Assembly: GCF_030144855.1 (NCBI RefSeq)
Contig: NC_082717.1
Location: 30,876,001 to 30,940,000, forward strand
From: Hypanus sabinus
Taxonomy: Eukaryota
Direction: 5' to 3'
DNA length: 64,000 nucleotides
Below, one piece after another: positions 37,339 through 52,300 of this stretch; within the stretch, counting starts at the first letter, position 1, and each line of letters opens with the position of its first letter. The position numbers and the translations under genes were made by a program. The notes beneath the pieces are model-generated. The model did not search any database and had not been told where the DNA came from. It saw nothing but the letters and a program-made list of their open reading frames with translations.

Positions 37339-40300
37339 CTGCAGAGTACAAATACCAAACAATTAGTTGCATTCTTTAGTCTCATAAACAATGTTATATA
37401 TAAAAATTGGAATTGAATTGGCCTTATTATTTATATCCTTCATATACACGAGTAAAAATCTTTATGTTATGTCTCAGTCTAACTGCAATGTGCAATTTAT
37501 AGTAATTATAATAGTACATAAAACAGGATAGTCAATGTAACATAGAAATATAGTTGTGTCAGCATGAGTTAAGCAGTCTGACGGCCTGGTGGAAGAGGCT
37601 GTCCCGGAGCCTGTTGGACCTGGCTTTTATGCTGCGGTACTGTTTCCTGGGTGGTAGCAGCTGGAACAGTTTGTGTTTGGGGTGACTCGGGTCCCTAATG
37701 ATAGTTCAGGTCCTTTTAGATACCTGTCTTTATAAATGTCCTGAATCATGGGAAGTTCACATCTACAGATGTGCTGGGCTGTCCACATCACTCTCTGCAG
37801 AATCCTGCGATTAAGGGAGGTACAGTTCCCATACCAGACAGTGATGCAGCCAGTCAGGATGCTCTCAATTGTGCCCCTATAGAAAGTTCTCAGGATTTGG
37901 GGGCCCACACCAAGCTTCTTCAACCATCTGAGGTGAAAGAGGCGCTGTTGTGCCTTTTTCACCACACAACTGGTATGTTCAAACCACATGAGATCCTGGG
38001 TGATGTTTATGCCGAGGAACTTAAAGCTGTTCACACTCTCAACCCCAGATCCATTGACGTCCACTGAGGCTAGCTTGTCTCCATTCCTCCTGCAGTCCAC
38101 AACCAGCTCCTTTGTTTTTGCAACGTTGAGGGAGAATTTGTATGAACTATTGCTTTGCATGCAGTTTTGAATTCTCTATAATAACTTTGCTCATCAAACA
38201 TTTTGCTCCAATCCTTAAACTACAGTTGCAGGGGGATAGGAACCGGAGCACCAGAACAAATAGTGGAGTGGCTGTGGAGAAACATGTTGTTAAGCCTACA
38301 TTCAAGGTCAGGAATCAAAGGGTTGAGCATGGTGCGGCTATTGTTCTAGGCTGTGTATATTTCACTGCGAGGAGTAGAACATGGCTCAGCAGATGGAATT
38401 ATGATTCTGATTCTGTCTGGTTTGAGATTCTAAATTGGAGAAAGGTTAATATTGATGGTAACAGAAAGGAATGGGATAAGTTGTTTTCTGACTGAGCACT
38501 GCCATTGGTAAATGGGAGGCCTTCAAATGAGAAATTTTGAGAACACAGAATTTGTATGTTCCTGTCAGAATAAAAGGCAAGGATAACAGGTTTATGAAAC
38601 CTCGGTTTTCGAGAGATATGGAGGCCCTGATTAAGATAAAGAAAGTGGTGCATAGCAGGTATAGGCAGATTGGAACAAATGATGTACTTAAGGAATATAA
38701 AAAATGGTAGAGAATGCTTGAGAAGGAAATCAGGAGGGCTAAAAGAAGACCTGAAGATGCCCTAACAGACAGGTGAAAGAGGATCCCAAGGGCTTCTCCA
38801 GATGCATTAAGAGCAGAAAGACTGCAAGAGACAATATTAGTCCTCTGGATGATCAGAGTAGTAGTCTATGTGTGGAGTCAAAAGAGATGGAAGAAATCTT
38901 AAATGGATTTTTGCATCCGTATTTACTCAGAAATGGACACTGAGTCTACGGATGTGAAGTAATGTAGCAGTGAGGTCATGGACCCTTTACAGATTACCGA
39001 GAAGGAGGTTTGCTGTCTTGAGGCAAATTAGGGTGGATAAGTCTCCATGGCCTCTGTCAGACCCTGTAGGAGGTTAGTGCAAAAATTGCAGTGGCCCTAG
39101 CAGAGATATTTAAAAAGTCCTTAGCCACGGGTGAAGTGCTGGAGGATAGCTAGTGTTATTCCGTTGTTTAAAAAAGGTTCTATGAATAAACCAGGAAATT
39201 ATAGGCCAGTGAGCTTGACATCAGTAGTGGGAAAGTTATTGGAAGGTATTCTAAGGGACCAGATACCTGAGAATGTAAACCTCTTCTGGGTCCTCTCCAA
39301 TGCCAGCACAGACTTTCTTAGATACAGGGCTCAGTGCTGTCATCCTTTAGAATTAGGTAATTAAGCAGCTATGCTAAAACAACAGACTAACCAGATAACA
39401 ATAATGATAGACTCTTAACAGCCAGGAGAAAGTTCAAAAGCTGTTATTGCAAGAACTACAACTATATAATTTGTCAGTCGTGTTTCTTATCTCTGATGTT
39501 GAAAGAACTGGGAAATTCACCCACAACCTCTTTAGAGTCTAATTCTTGACTTTTAAACCCTCAGTTTGACATTATGAAGTGATATAAATTAAAGGCTACA
39601 CAGACTAGAAAGCTGATAATAAGGATCAATAATATCATTTATTTTCAAAATAGCACCCTAGAACCCTCCAATGCAGAGCATTCTTCAGTTCACAGCATAG
39701 ACTGTAGCCAGCTTCTCTGCCAAATACATGCTGTTTCTTTGCTAACATTTGAAAACAAGTTAAATATGTAAAGTACAAATGTAGAGTATTTGAAATAGAT
39801 CGAAACACTAAGCAGATCAGCCAGTATTTATGAAGAGCTGAGACAAACCGTTGTTTGAGGCTGAGCCCTTCTTCAGAAATTATAAAGGTAGGACAAATAT
39901 ATTCAGCTATTAAAGGCAAAGGGAAAGTATGTTCATGCCACCACTAGTTTGTACGTTGGCCTCAATTCTAAACCTGTAAGGAGGAGGAAGTCGAAGGCTG
40001 CTAGATGACTAGAATAACCCTTGCACTTATACAGGACGTTAGAAATTCTAGGACTATGTAACTACTGAGTCTTTGTAAGCGAGACACGTACAAAAGCTGA
40101 GTTGAGAAGTCAGGGTAAGGTGGGGGTCAGATGAAGTTGGGATTGCAATTACTGATGCAGCTTGGAATTGAATCAGTAAATCAAGTATTGTATATCAGGA
40201 CCAGAAGATGAAACCTCACTAAACTCTTCCATCATGAAAATGCCTCATTCTTGGTATCACTGACTCACCTCACCCATGTCATCATTAAAATGCCTTATAT

Positions 40301-43300
40301 CCCTGGCAGACTAAATCACCTCATCCTAGTAACTAGCAGACTAAACTGCAATGAACATTTAAAGTCACTGAATTCTTGTATTGAATTTCTATTTGAATAC
40401 AAATCATTTGGACAGACCTGGTGAGAATTTAAAATTAGCCCCAATTCAATAATTTTAAATCTACTAAAACAACATCTTTTGGATAGTAACAAAAAAGGAG
40501 AAATTTCATACTTTTGCTATCATAATTCTATTTTTAAGACCTTTACTTATTGCATTTGTAAGGTCTTGTTTAATTAAACTCCTGGTAAGAGTTGGTTAAT
40601 ACTCCCAATTTATTAAGCTATTAAAATTTGGTTCTGATATGCAACAGTTGTATAACTTATGACCCGACTTATCACAATCTTGACCTTGAACCTTTAATGT
40701 TCAATCAACATGGCTAATCATCAGGTGAAAAGCTTCTCTCAGTTTCACTCTTCATTAAAGTAAACACTCACCATTGCCGCATGTAAAATTTAGACCATAA
40801 AACTCATTAACCATCAGGACTTCCACACCATATTTCTGAAACGTGAGGTAACTCAGCCAGCGAAACAGTTCAGGCATTTCTTCTGCACTCCTAACATTAT
40901 GGAATCAAAGCAAGCCAGTATTAGGTTATATTGTCTTATAATAAAACAGTATGAGCAATAGTTTGCTGAAATACTCCTTCAGTTTTCATCCACCACCTCC
41001 TGCGGTATGTAACATTTTTTCTCAAAGTGTTGTTAATCATTAAGTTGCCATGGCTCACATGTAAACATGGACACCGATTGCCAAGAAATTATTAGATTAT
41101 GATGCCATTATAGCCAAAATTCTACCCAATACATTCTCTATTAAGGGTACTAGATAAGGAAGAATGAACACAGTTAAATAACACAATTCATGTCCTCATT
41201 TAAAAGAACTTAACAGCACATCGAGGACTTTGTAGAGTCACAGTTATGAGGTAGTTGGAAGATTTCCTCCTGGTTATCACCAATACTTGTTGTACTGTTC
41301 TAATTGCTGATCTAGTTAAGATCAGGATGATAATCAGAACTGTGACCTTGTTCATTGCATTTCAAAGTCTCCCTTTATACACTTACAGTGCAGTCATTTA
41401 ATCAGAACAGATATTATTTTAAATAAATTAGAAAAGTCAGTAAGAGTCTGAAAGCAGGAAAATTGTGTTGGACTATGTGTTCAAGTAATCTTTCATTTCC
41501 CATCACTAAATAGTGTAATTAATTTATTATACGATGGGGTGATTGATAAGTTCATGGCCTAAGGTAGAAAATCTAGCACACTTATTTTTCAACATAGTCC
41601 CCTCCTACATTTACACACTTAGTCCAGTGGTCGTGGGGCATGCAGATCTTGGACCTCCAGAAAGTGCCCGCAGCAGGGGTGATTGATAAGTTTGTGGCCT
41701 ATGGTAGAAGGAGATTAGCTATTAACTTCAAACTTTCTGCCTAATCACTTAAAGAGTTGACCTCCGTGTGCATGTAACAAGAGCTGTATAACTCATCTCC
41801 TTCTACCTTAGGTCATGAACTTATTGATCACCCATCTGTGGACACTTTCCGGAGATCCAAGATCGGTATGCTCCAAGACCGCTGAACTAAGTGTGTAACT
41901 GTAGTGGGGGACTATGTTGAAAAATAAATGTGCTAGGTTTTCTAAAATTGAGTCTTTCTTCTGTAGGCCACGAACTTAACAATCACTCCTCATATTAAGT
42001 AGCAAGTAGATTTGAATTTATACACACTAAATAACACATCCCAAAAGATTTCACAGCTAATGAAGTACATTTAACATGGAGTGTAAAGCATAGTCTGCAA
42101 TGTACATAAAGTGGTAATCACTTCGATCAAAGGAAATAGCAGCAACAGAAGGAAAACCGTTTTTTGGTAACATAGCTTAAGTGATCAGAATTGCCTATAC
42201 ACTGACTGAATTCCCCTCTGTTCTAGGGCCATAGGATCCTTATCCTTCAGAGAGCATTAGGCCTCAGCTGCATGCCTCTGCAAAAACAGCACCTCCAATA
42301 ATGCAGTGGTCTCTCAGTACTCACTGGTCAAGAGTCTCTATCTGAATTTTACGCCTTGATCCCACAACTTTGTAATTCCAACATGAAAAAAACTATTAAC
42401 TGAGTCACAACTCACAGCAGTGCTGACAAAATTTGCGAGAAATTTGAATATAAGGAGGTTTTATTAAAATCTCATGATCTTTCGATTAATCCATTCAATG
42501 TCTATTACTAAAATGTGTGCCCTACCCACAGGGGACACTCAGGGCACAGCCCTTTGGGTAAAGGGAATTCACCATTACAGAGTTCACAAATCACAACCCA
42601 AAGATTCAAAATATGGATTAAAATTTGTTCTCCTTGATGTTATGTGAGATCAAGTAATTAAACAAACACATTCTATTACTATCTGCACTTGCATCTCTTG
42701 ATGCATACGAGTTTCACATTACAGAAAATTACAATGTAGACCATTTTCTTGGAACCCCCTTACTGTAACCCAGGGGTCACCTGTATTAAAAACCTAAAAA
42801 AAGGCCACTGCTTGTTCTGCTCTGATAAAATGCCAAAGGCCATGCTGTGATCAAAATACTATTGCCCCATTCCCATTGCGTGAAGTGTATTAAATTCTCC
42901 TTTAATAGGTTACCAATTATTTTATCCCAAAGTTAACAATTCTGTTTTGTAATAATCAAGGCAGGTCACAATTGTGATTCTGTTATTTAGGAATTGTATC
43001 CTGGATATTTTATAGTCTAAAACCCCAGATTATAATGTATCAGTATATTCATTTAGTTTTGGAAGAAAAGCTGTAAGAATCATAATGCTTCTCACCTTAG
43101 GAAACCTGATCCCACCAGAATTCCTGCTACATTAATCAAAGCCACAGCACTATTAACTATATAGGGATTCTGAACAACACCAAGTAAGATGAGTGTCAGA
43201 AGTTCACCAACTAGATGTGGAACAATGAGTACAGCAAGAAAACATCCGAATCGCTCCCACACTGGAAACATTCCCAGAGTCCTGAAAGACAAAGTGATTC

Positions 43301-46300
43301 AATTAAATAAGCTAAGAGCAACACTTACATGGTAACGCTTAACTCTTACCGCTAACATTTGCACAAGTAAAATCACCACAACCTTGTTGGAAATTAGGCA
43401 GAAGAAAAAAAAGTGATTTCCTCTAGAAAAAGGGGGAAGTAATTTATATCTATACCTAATAAGGCAAAAACTAAATACAATAGATTATGGTTAACTGGGA
43501 CACATCGTGATCAGTACAGTTTGGCCCAATTAGACGAAGTTTCATGAAAATAGATAAAAAGGTAGAAAAACATAAACTCATTATAACTGAGTAACAAATT
43601 AAGTATTTAAATGAAATACAGAACAAATTAGAACACTACCAATACACAACATAGCTATAAAATTGTGTACATGTATTAGCTTCTAATAGTTATCAAAGGA
43701 GGAATAGTATGCTGCCGTGTTCTCTTGATTGACTGTAAATGAACAAAAGCAGCACAGATACCTCGTGCAGATAATGCCTTCATACAATGATTTTGATGGC
43801 TGCAACCTCCAATTCTTTAAGTTCACAGTAAATTTCAAGATAATTGTCGATACCTTCAAAATCCTTGTAGTTCCTAACTTGATGAGGTGGTGAATTGTGC
43901 CTGTCTCAATTTCACTCCCAGCAGTTTCTTGCATCTCTAACCCTGAATGCTTGAAACCGCAGTGAGCAAAACAGTTCCATAAACACATGTAACTAATGCT
44001 ATAAAAACTGTTCACTCTAAGCATGGTGTAGTGTCTAATGGCCACACGACTGCTGCTAGTTAGAAACTGTTAGGCAACAATCTACTGTGCCAAATAAATA
44101 TAGGGATCCCTGGCTATTCTTTTTCAATTAGCTTGTGTTCTTTAAGAGTTGTCACAAAGAAGCGGCGTCCTGATTAACCAATGGCCCAATTAACCGGAAT
44201 CTACTGTATTATGAAAATCTAATTTCAACAATGCTAATTAAGTTGTGCTGTTGTTATTATGAATAGAACATGGAATATTTTTCAAAGCTACAATTTCAAA
44301 ATAATGCATTGGTTTACACAAATGATATATATGAAAATAAGTTTGAGCAGAATCTCCAGAAAAAGGGTAATTCTTAAAATCAACACAATTTTTTTCTCAC
44401 ACAAATTCCAAATCATATATTGTGCTGACAGTGACAATCATACCCCAGTCCAAATCAACGTTGTTCTAAGGGGCCACTAAGGCAATGCAACATTGTTGAT
44501 GATTGCAGAGCAGAGGGAGCTGAGGGTACCCATCTTCACTCCAGCCTGTAGAACCTTTTTTTGGAAGGGTTTACGTTTGCTAAAACAAAAAAAACCCCAA
44601 AAGATCAAGGAAGGAATTTGCCTGTAACTCTGCCATCTATTGCAGGGAATCTTGACTGTGAAACTGCCATCTATTAAACATCCCTTCTGATTTCCAGATG
44701 GTCTGCTTTTACTCCATTAGAAGCAATTTTGCCCTTGAATCAAGAATTTGTAGGTGAGACTCCTTTTCCAGAAAGATCTTTGTTGACAATTACAATAACA
44801 TTGAGGGAACTCTTTACTTTTGCAGGTGCTGCTTTTCAAATGGGATGTTAAATCAGGGTTCTACCTTCCTACTCAGGTAAAAGTAAAGGTTCCTGTGGTA
44901 CTATTTTAAAAAACACAATTTTAATTTCAGATCATTCTTCTAGAATTTCACAGAACACATGTTGCTAAAATGTTTCTCTGATAGGTGGAACAACTCTTAC
45001 CAGTAGACAAAAGTGCTGTAAATAGCCACACTAATGATGCTGAAAGGAAGGATGTGAATAATGTAGGCCATCAACATCAACCACCTCTGATAAATACCAT
45101 CTGAGCTTTCCTGGTCACTGATTGAACGTAATGAAGGGTCTTCTTTCAAAAATATGTATGATGAAAAGAAACAAAACATGTTAATACATGTAAATACCAA
45201 ATTACAGAATTTTGATTCATGGAACATACTGGAATACTTTTTTTTAAAAAGTACAGATTGAACATAAGCAGTTTCTGTACTGTTGCCAGTAATCTGAAAA
45301 CTTATCAGTGTAAACACTATATTTTAAGAGCACAAGATGTCAATAAAGTACTTAAAATATTATGTACAAATTAAGCTGGCTGGAAAGAGTGAACACTTCA
45401 GGTAGGATCATTGGTCTGGGGGCAAGATCATGGCTTACTGAGTATTTCCAACATTTTCTGTCTTCATTTCCATTTCCTGTAGTACTTTGCTTTTATTGAT
45501 CGCGTGGAGAGCCAGAGGCTTTTTCCCGGTGCTGAAATGGCTAACACCAGGGTGCACAGTTTTAAGGTGCTAGGAAGTAGGTACAAGGGGTTGTCAGAGG
45601 TAAGTATTTCACACAGAGAGTGATGGGTGCATGGAATGCACTGCCAGCGAAGGTGGTAGAGGCGGATACAGTAGGGTCTTTTAAGAGACTCTTATGTACA
45701 TGGAGCTTAGATTATCCCTCTATTTTTCTAAGCTGCATGTACCTATCTAAGAGTCTCTTAAAAGACATCACATGTGATAGGGAAATTCTAGGCAGTTTCT
45801 AGAGTTGGTTACATGGTTGGCACAACATTGTGGGCTGAAGAGCCTGTAATGTGCTGTAGGTTTTCTATGTTCCATGTTTTATTATATAAGCTGGCTTTGT
45901 ACTGATTTACTTTTAAGTACTGAAATGCTGATGTCTGATAGTTTAAAGGCAGAATTTACTCCTTTTATCCCGCCATCTACTTATTTAACCAAACAGACTT
46001 GTCAAAGTTCTATGAACCAAAGCATGATCAGTGAAGTACGTACATAAAGCAACAGCATTCAGCATCCCAGTATATGGAGAGGCACCTATGCTTTGGTAGA
46101 TGATTCCAATTCGGTCCTGCACAGCACCTGTTGATGCATCATTGTTCAACCTCATCAAGAAGAACACAATAAACAAGCCATACAGCAGGTTTTGGGAGAG
46201 GCGCATTAATATCCCAGTCTTGTTTCTTGATAAATTTCTCACAATTCGCCTTTAATTGAAAATGAGAAATATTTCAGTAAATAAATTCTCAATAAATCCT

Positions 46301-49300
46301 TTCCTCTTAAATTCAACAAAATACAAAGAATGGCAAAAAATATTTTGTTCTTCAAAGAGCAGGGCAATCTTCTGGAAGATAGAAAGTGGCTTTCAAAGGC
46401 AAGGTTTTGATGAGAACACCCGAATCATTAGTAATAGCCAGTGCTTCAGATGTCTCTCCTTGATCAGAGTAGCTCACAGTGAAATCTAAAAACAGAGGTA
46501 GCCACAATTCCAACTTCAGTGGAGGTCATAGACTGCACGAAGAGAGATTCCAAATGTGTTTGTGGTGCTGAATTTTCCCAGGGTGCAAGGTGATACTGAC
46601 TGCACGTTAATTTGAAGGCAAGGTAGAGCAACTCTTCTAAACAGCAAAACTTAAGAGACTACACCATCTCAAGGTCCAGCTGGTAAGTAATGCTCAGCAC
46701 CAGTCATGGCGTGCTCATTAATCAATACTGTATTTCAGCTGTACCATCAGAACAAAGTGTGGCTCTGAGCAGCAAGGGTTGTCCATTGGAAGACTGCTGA
46801 CAACTCTAGCACACACACATGCAGTATGCAGACACTGACGGTTCTACTGCTACAAGAAAGAAAAGATTCACACCCTCAATGAGGATTGGTGTGTGTTCTC
46901 CTGACTTCCCCTTCCTGAAGTCCATAATCAATGCCTTGGTCTTGTTGACATTGAGCACATGGTCATTTTAATTATTTACTTACTTCCTTAGAGATACAGA
47001 TTGGAACAGGCTATTCGGCCTCTTCAAGCTGCACCACCAGCAACTCCTAGCCTAACCATGGGGCAATTTACAATGGTCAATTAATCTACTAACCAATATG
47101 TCTTTGGACTGTGCAAGGAAAACAGAGCACCCAGAGAAACCACAAGCACTCCACAGAGAGGACGTATAAAGACCACCAGGATTGAACTTTGAACTCCGAT
47201 GCCCCAAGCTGTAATAACGTTGCTCTAAACGTGATGCCCACTCAACCAGCCAATCTTTCTCGCTTTTCATTGCCATCTGAGGTTCTGTTAACAACAGTGG
47301 AGTCATTGGCAAATTTATAGATGGTGTTTGAGCTGTGCCTAGCCACACAGTCATGAGTCTACAGTAAGTAGAGCAGTGGACTAAGTACACGTCTTTGATG
47401 TTGATTGTAATAATGTTGAGGTTAATATTATTTTGGCATAAACCTTCCTTGAGGAGCCCTGAAGCAGATTAGGACTGTCTTGCAGTGTGCTGCAAACTCT
47501 GCTTTGAGTTTTTACCACATCTATCAAACAGAAAGCTGAAGTGGGTGGCATGTGGAGAAAGGGCAAAGCTGAATTTTAATCTATATGTTGAAAGTTAATT
47601 CAAGTGAAATACTGTTTTTGCAATCTCATAAGGAAAAAGCTTCAGTTATAAATCTGAAATAAATTTTTCATTCCCATTAAGAATGCCTAACTTGAGAAAA
47701 TTCTGCTTTATTTAATGATTAGATACCCATTTGTCTCTTTTTGCTCTGTATTGATTTAACATCTTTTTCTCCTGTGACTGATATGGACTTGAAATCAATG
47801 TTTAGAGAGGTGAATTAGGTACCAATCAAATGACCTGCTTTGTCTTAGATCATGTTGAGCTTCTTGAGTGCTGTTGGAGTTGGACATCAACTGAAATGGA
47901 ATATTCCATCATACTCCTGCTTTGTGCCTTGTAGTTGTTGGAAAAGAATGGTAGTACCATGTAATGAATTAGAAGATGCAAGATGTCCAAGTTTTGGCCT
48001 ACTTATGTAGCAGAGCGGCTGACTCTCCAGTCAATGATGATCTCCAGTTTGTTAATGGTAAAGGACCTGCTGAGGGTAATGTCAGTGACTGTCAAAAGTA
48101 TATAATTAGACTCTCTCTTTTTAATGTGCTCCTCCCTTGTCAGCTTAACTGCTCAAATTTACCTGGCATCTATTAACCTAGACTTGAATGCTGTCTCGGT
48201 TTGCTACACGCAGATGTGGACGCTTACACTTATTATGGGGTTGCTACTGAAACTGAACCTTCTGCAGTTAGAAATGAGCATCCCCATTTCTGGACATCAT
48301 GGAAAAAGGTCATTGATGAAGCATTGATGAAGATGGCCGGGCCAAGGCTACTACCCCGTGAAACTCATGCAGTGTCTCAGGCCCAGGATAACTAACTGAC
48401 CTTCAACAACCTCACCCAGTTCTGTTTGTGAAAGGTAGAGCTCCAACCACTGAAGTGATCTTCCCTGGACACCCACTGATGTCAGTTTCATCATTCCTCT
48501 TAATGCCATATTCAGTCAACTGCTCCCTGATGGCACAGGCATGGGCAGTTGCTCTCACTCTACCTCTGCAATTCAACTCTTAGCTTGTTCCAAGACTGTG
48601 GGAATGTCAGGAGCAGAACAGTAAAGGTGAAACCCAAACTCAACAGATTTTTGATGAGTAAAAGCTATCTGTACAACTGCACACTTTCAATACCTAATCT
48701 ATTTAAAAATAAACCACGAATGGGATAAATGTTATCAGATATAACATTTGGTGCAAGATGTCCTTGCAGATGTTCTTTATACCTGATCAGTATCCAGAGT
48801 TTGAAGAGTATGCTTGGAGAAGCGGTGTTCTTGAAACGAATGGATGTCAACTGTTTTGTTTTCTTTGCAGCATCAATAAGCTGCAGAGCGTCATTAAATA
48901 TCCTTGAATTTTGATAGGATGTTGAAATTTCTTGGACTCTGCTGTAAGTCTCAATTTCTCTCTCCTTGCTTCTGGTGTCAACAGATGTCAGGTCCACTGG
49001 AAATTTTAACAGTGCATGTTAACAGGTGTAGAAATGGACAGTTGAGTTCACATCAAGCTAATATTAAGCCTGTTCACAGGGTCATAGAATCCTGGAGTCA
49101 TACAGCACAGAAACAGGCCTTCAGTCCGTCACCACCTACACATCAACTGCTGCACCCATCTACACTAATTCCACTTGCCTTCTATGTCTTGGTGAATCAA
49201 GATCTTGGATATATGCTCCTCAATTGTTGTAAGAGTACTTGCCTTCACCACCTCCTCAGACAGCACATTCCAGATTCAGAACCACTTTGTGTGAAAAAAC

Positions 49301-52300
49301 ACCCCCCTACAATCCTCTAAAAACTAACTTCCCACTTTTAAACTTTGCCCTTCTGGAAAAAGACTCTTACTATCTACCCAACATTGCCCTCATAACTTTA
49401 CATACCTCCATCAGATCATCTGCTGCTCCAGGGGAAACAACACCCTCCTTATAACCATGGTACTCCAAACTAGGCAACATCCTGATGAATCTCCATCCTC
49501 TCCAGGACAAAACACCTCAGCTTTTCAATGGCATGCCAACAGTTATGTCTCCTTGTACATGGATATCCAATTTTAAATAAACAAATTGAGGCGTTGTTTG
49601 AAAGGTTCCATCGCCAATACTGGGTAAACTGATACAAACTGTTCATGCAAGAGCAGCTAAAATCCCTATGTCCACTCTCAGTGTATTTCCATTTGTGTTC
49701 TATTCCAAATCTAATTATTACACATCTCAATGTTTCAATTTACTTTTAAATATAAAGTAAGGTGTACTAAATAGGGAATTTGTGACATCCTATGCAAAGA
49801 ACACTATTTTTAATCAGTCTAAAGTAAAACTGACTCTGACAGATGGCAAAGGAAGCTCTTATTGCTGGATGACATCCTTGGTTTGTTTGTTGCGTGATGT
49901 TCAGCATTCAATACTATGTGTGCAGCTGTGCCATCTGTTACAAGGGGAAATGCAGCTGGAGGTGATCAAATTGATTGCCTTTCTCAATACTGGAAGTGTG
50001 TGCAACTTTCAACAGCACTCACTGTCAAACAAAGTTCAAATAAGAGGTCAATAACCTGAAACATTTGCGACATTCTACTGTTCTCAGTCTTTTGCCATTG
50101 AAAATGCTTCCTGGAGTGAAATACAATTTCTAGGTCACTTCAGAAATCTGATCAGACATTTCCTGGTGGATATCTCCCTTGTCTGTCTGGTACAATTTGC
50201 ACATCAATCGAACACGTGACTCCCAAGCTTCTGAAGTTCCTCGCCTTCAGAGCCCCTGACATGACTGACCTTCCATCTGCCAAGACGCCTCTGATTTTTT
50301 CCAATTAATCCCAATGATGACAATGATGGCAGATACATTGCCTTGAAAAAGTATTCAGCCCCACAATTATCTTCACATTTTAATGTCTCATTTTCTAAAT
50401 TTAAAATATATTGAAGTAGGATTTTTGAGCTAATCTACAAAATATTATGCATCATGTCAAATCAAAAGAAAAATTCAAACACCTGTCAACAATGAACTAA
50501 AAATTGAAAACCAAAACTATGAAGCTGAAGTACTAATTTCCTTTGTAAATACAATGCTAACTTTCCTCAGGTATTACCTTACCAGCTCGCCCAATTTGTT
50601 GATGTAGAAGATTGGAGGATCACCTGCTTTCAATGAATTCATAAGAATAAATGTCCTCTCTCACTGTAAGTTCCAACAGTATGGTAGATTTTCAATGGTT
50701 CAAGCCAAAATAAAGACAAAAGAGCATTCAAAACAAGGCAGGGAAATGATAATGGAGCACAAATCTGGGGAAGGGTACAAGAACATCTCAAAGGCACTGA
50801 ACATACCTTGAAACTCAGTGCAGTCCACTGCTAAAAAGTGGGAAAAACATGAAAACCAAAGCCATACTACTTAGGTCACACCGCCCCTCTAAACTTAGTC
50901 ACTGGAGAAGAATGGCACTTTAAAGAGCGGCTACTGTGATGCCAACAGTCACTCTGAGTGAGCTGGAGATGAAGTTCAAGACTCTGCAATCTCTAAACTG
51001 TCACAAATTAAAACTCTCAGTTCAATTGATCAGAAATCCCTGGTTGTAATACTCATTTATGTAAACAAAGGGTTGGGGCTGAATACTTTTACAGGGCGCT
51101 GTAAGTGTATGATCTACAAATCCAAATGAATTTTCCTGAGTTTGTCCCCTCTACCTTTCACCTCACTCTCAAGTCCTGGTGAGGTCTCCAATCTATACTC
51201 CCACCTCGACTATTTAACCACTCAACCGTCCCAAGTTCTGATCCTTGACCCCAGTTTTTTTATACCACCAACTCTGCATCTGCCCAACAAATCTTCTGTC
51301 TGTGCTTCTACTTAGCTTCACACAATGACCTGATTCTTACCCTCCAGCCACTGATTCTCTCTCTACTTCCTGATGTCCACTGCAGAAAATTGGAAGTCCT
51401 TTCAAGGGTGCCTGAAACCTGCAAATAAAATCTGCAGCTGCGTGCCCATGATTGCAAGTGCCCTTCTCCAACACTCACACGGGTGTACCAGAAGATTAGT
51501 CTATTTCTCCAACCAATGGTGCCATATGAGAAGTTTCCAACTCAGATTCACAGCATAGGCAGTATTCTTTTCTATGGATTTCCCTGAAGTCTTGTAATCC
51601 TATCATATTTAATTATTTTAATGTTGGCATACAATTAAACAGCAAACAGGAGGAGAAAGCTCCAATCTCAAAAATGGCAGGGTCAAGTACCTGAGTGCTA
51701 AAATCATGCTTAAAACACATGTTGTGATCTTCAGACAGAGGTGATTCCTACTTTATCATTTAATCTTGCACTTTCATATATAGAAGCCCCATTCCTACTT
51801 ATGTACCTGTCCGTGCTTTTTAAATGTTCTATGTTTAAGCATTTTGCAAAACTTTCCTCAAATTCTCCTTTTGCCTCCCACACTCTTTTCTGATTCACCC
51901 TAAAAGCAATCTCCGCAGATTTCATTTGACCTCCTTCCTAATATTACTTTTGGTTTAATGTCCAAATGCAGTAACCCAAGCACCTGCACTAGTTTTCTTC
52001 CTTAAAAGTGTGAATCACAATGACATTTTAATGGAATTTTCTCTTAAGTTGCTACTACTTGTTAATAGACATAAAAAGTTGTATCAGTAACCAATACAGA
52101 AAGAGCTGTATTGTTGTTTGAAACTTTAATTTTAGCCTATTTTTGTCTTTTAGAAGCTGCAATAACTGCTACCATGCCTAGTCTGATGAGCTGCTAACTT
52201 CCAGTTTAGGGTGTTCCCTTTTTCCATGTAAGACAAATAAAAACGATTATAGTACCTACCATATAAATCAAAAGGATTGCAATATTCAGGACACTGATAG

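Noticed and set aside
40772-40778. GC donor for ABCG5 exon 12 at the human-equivalent position
   Set aside because: A strong GTGAGT donor 6 nt further on keeps the phase and is the simpler explanation.
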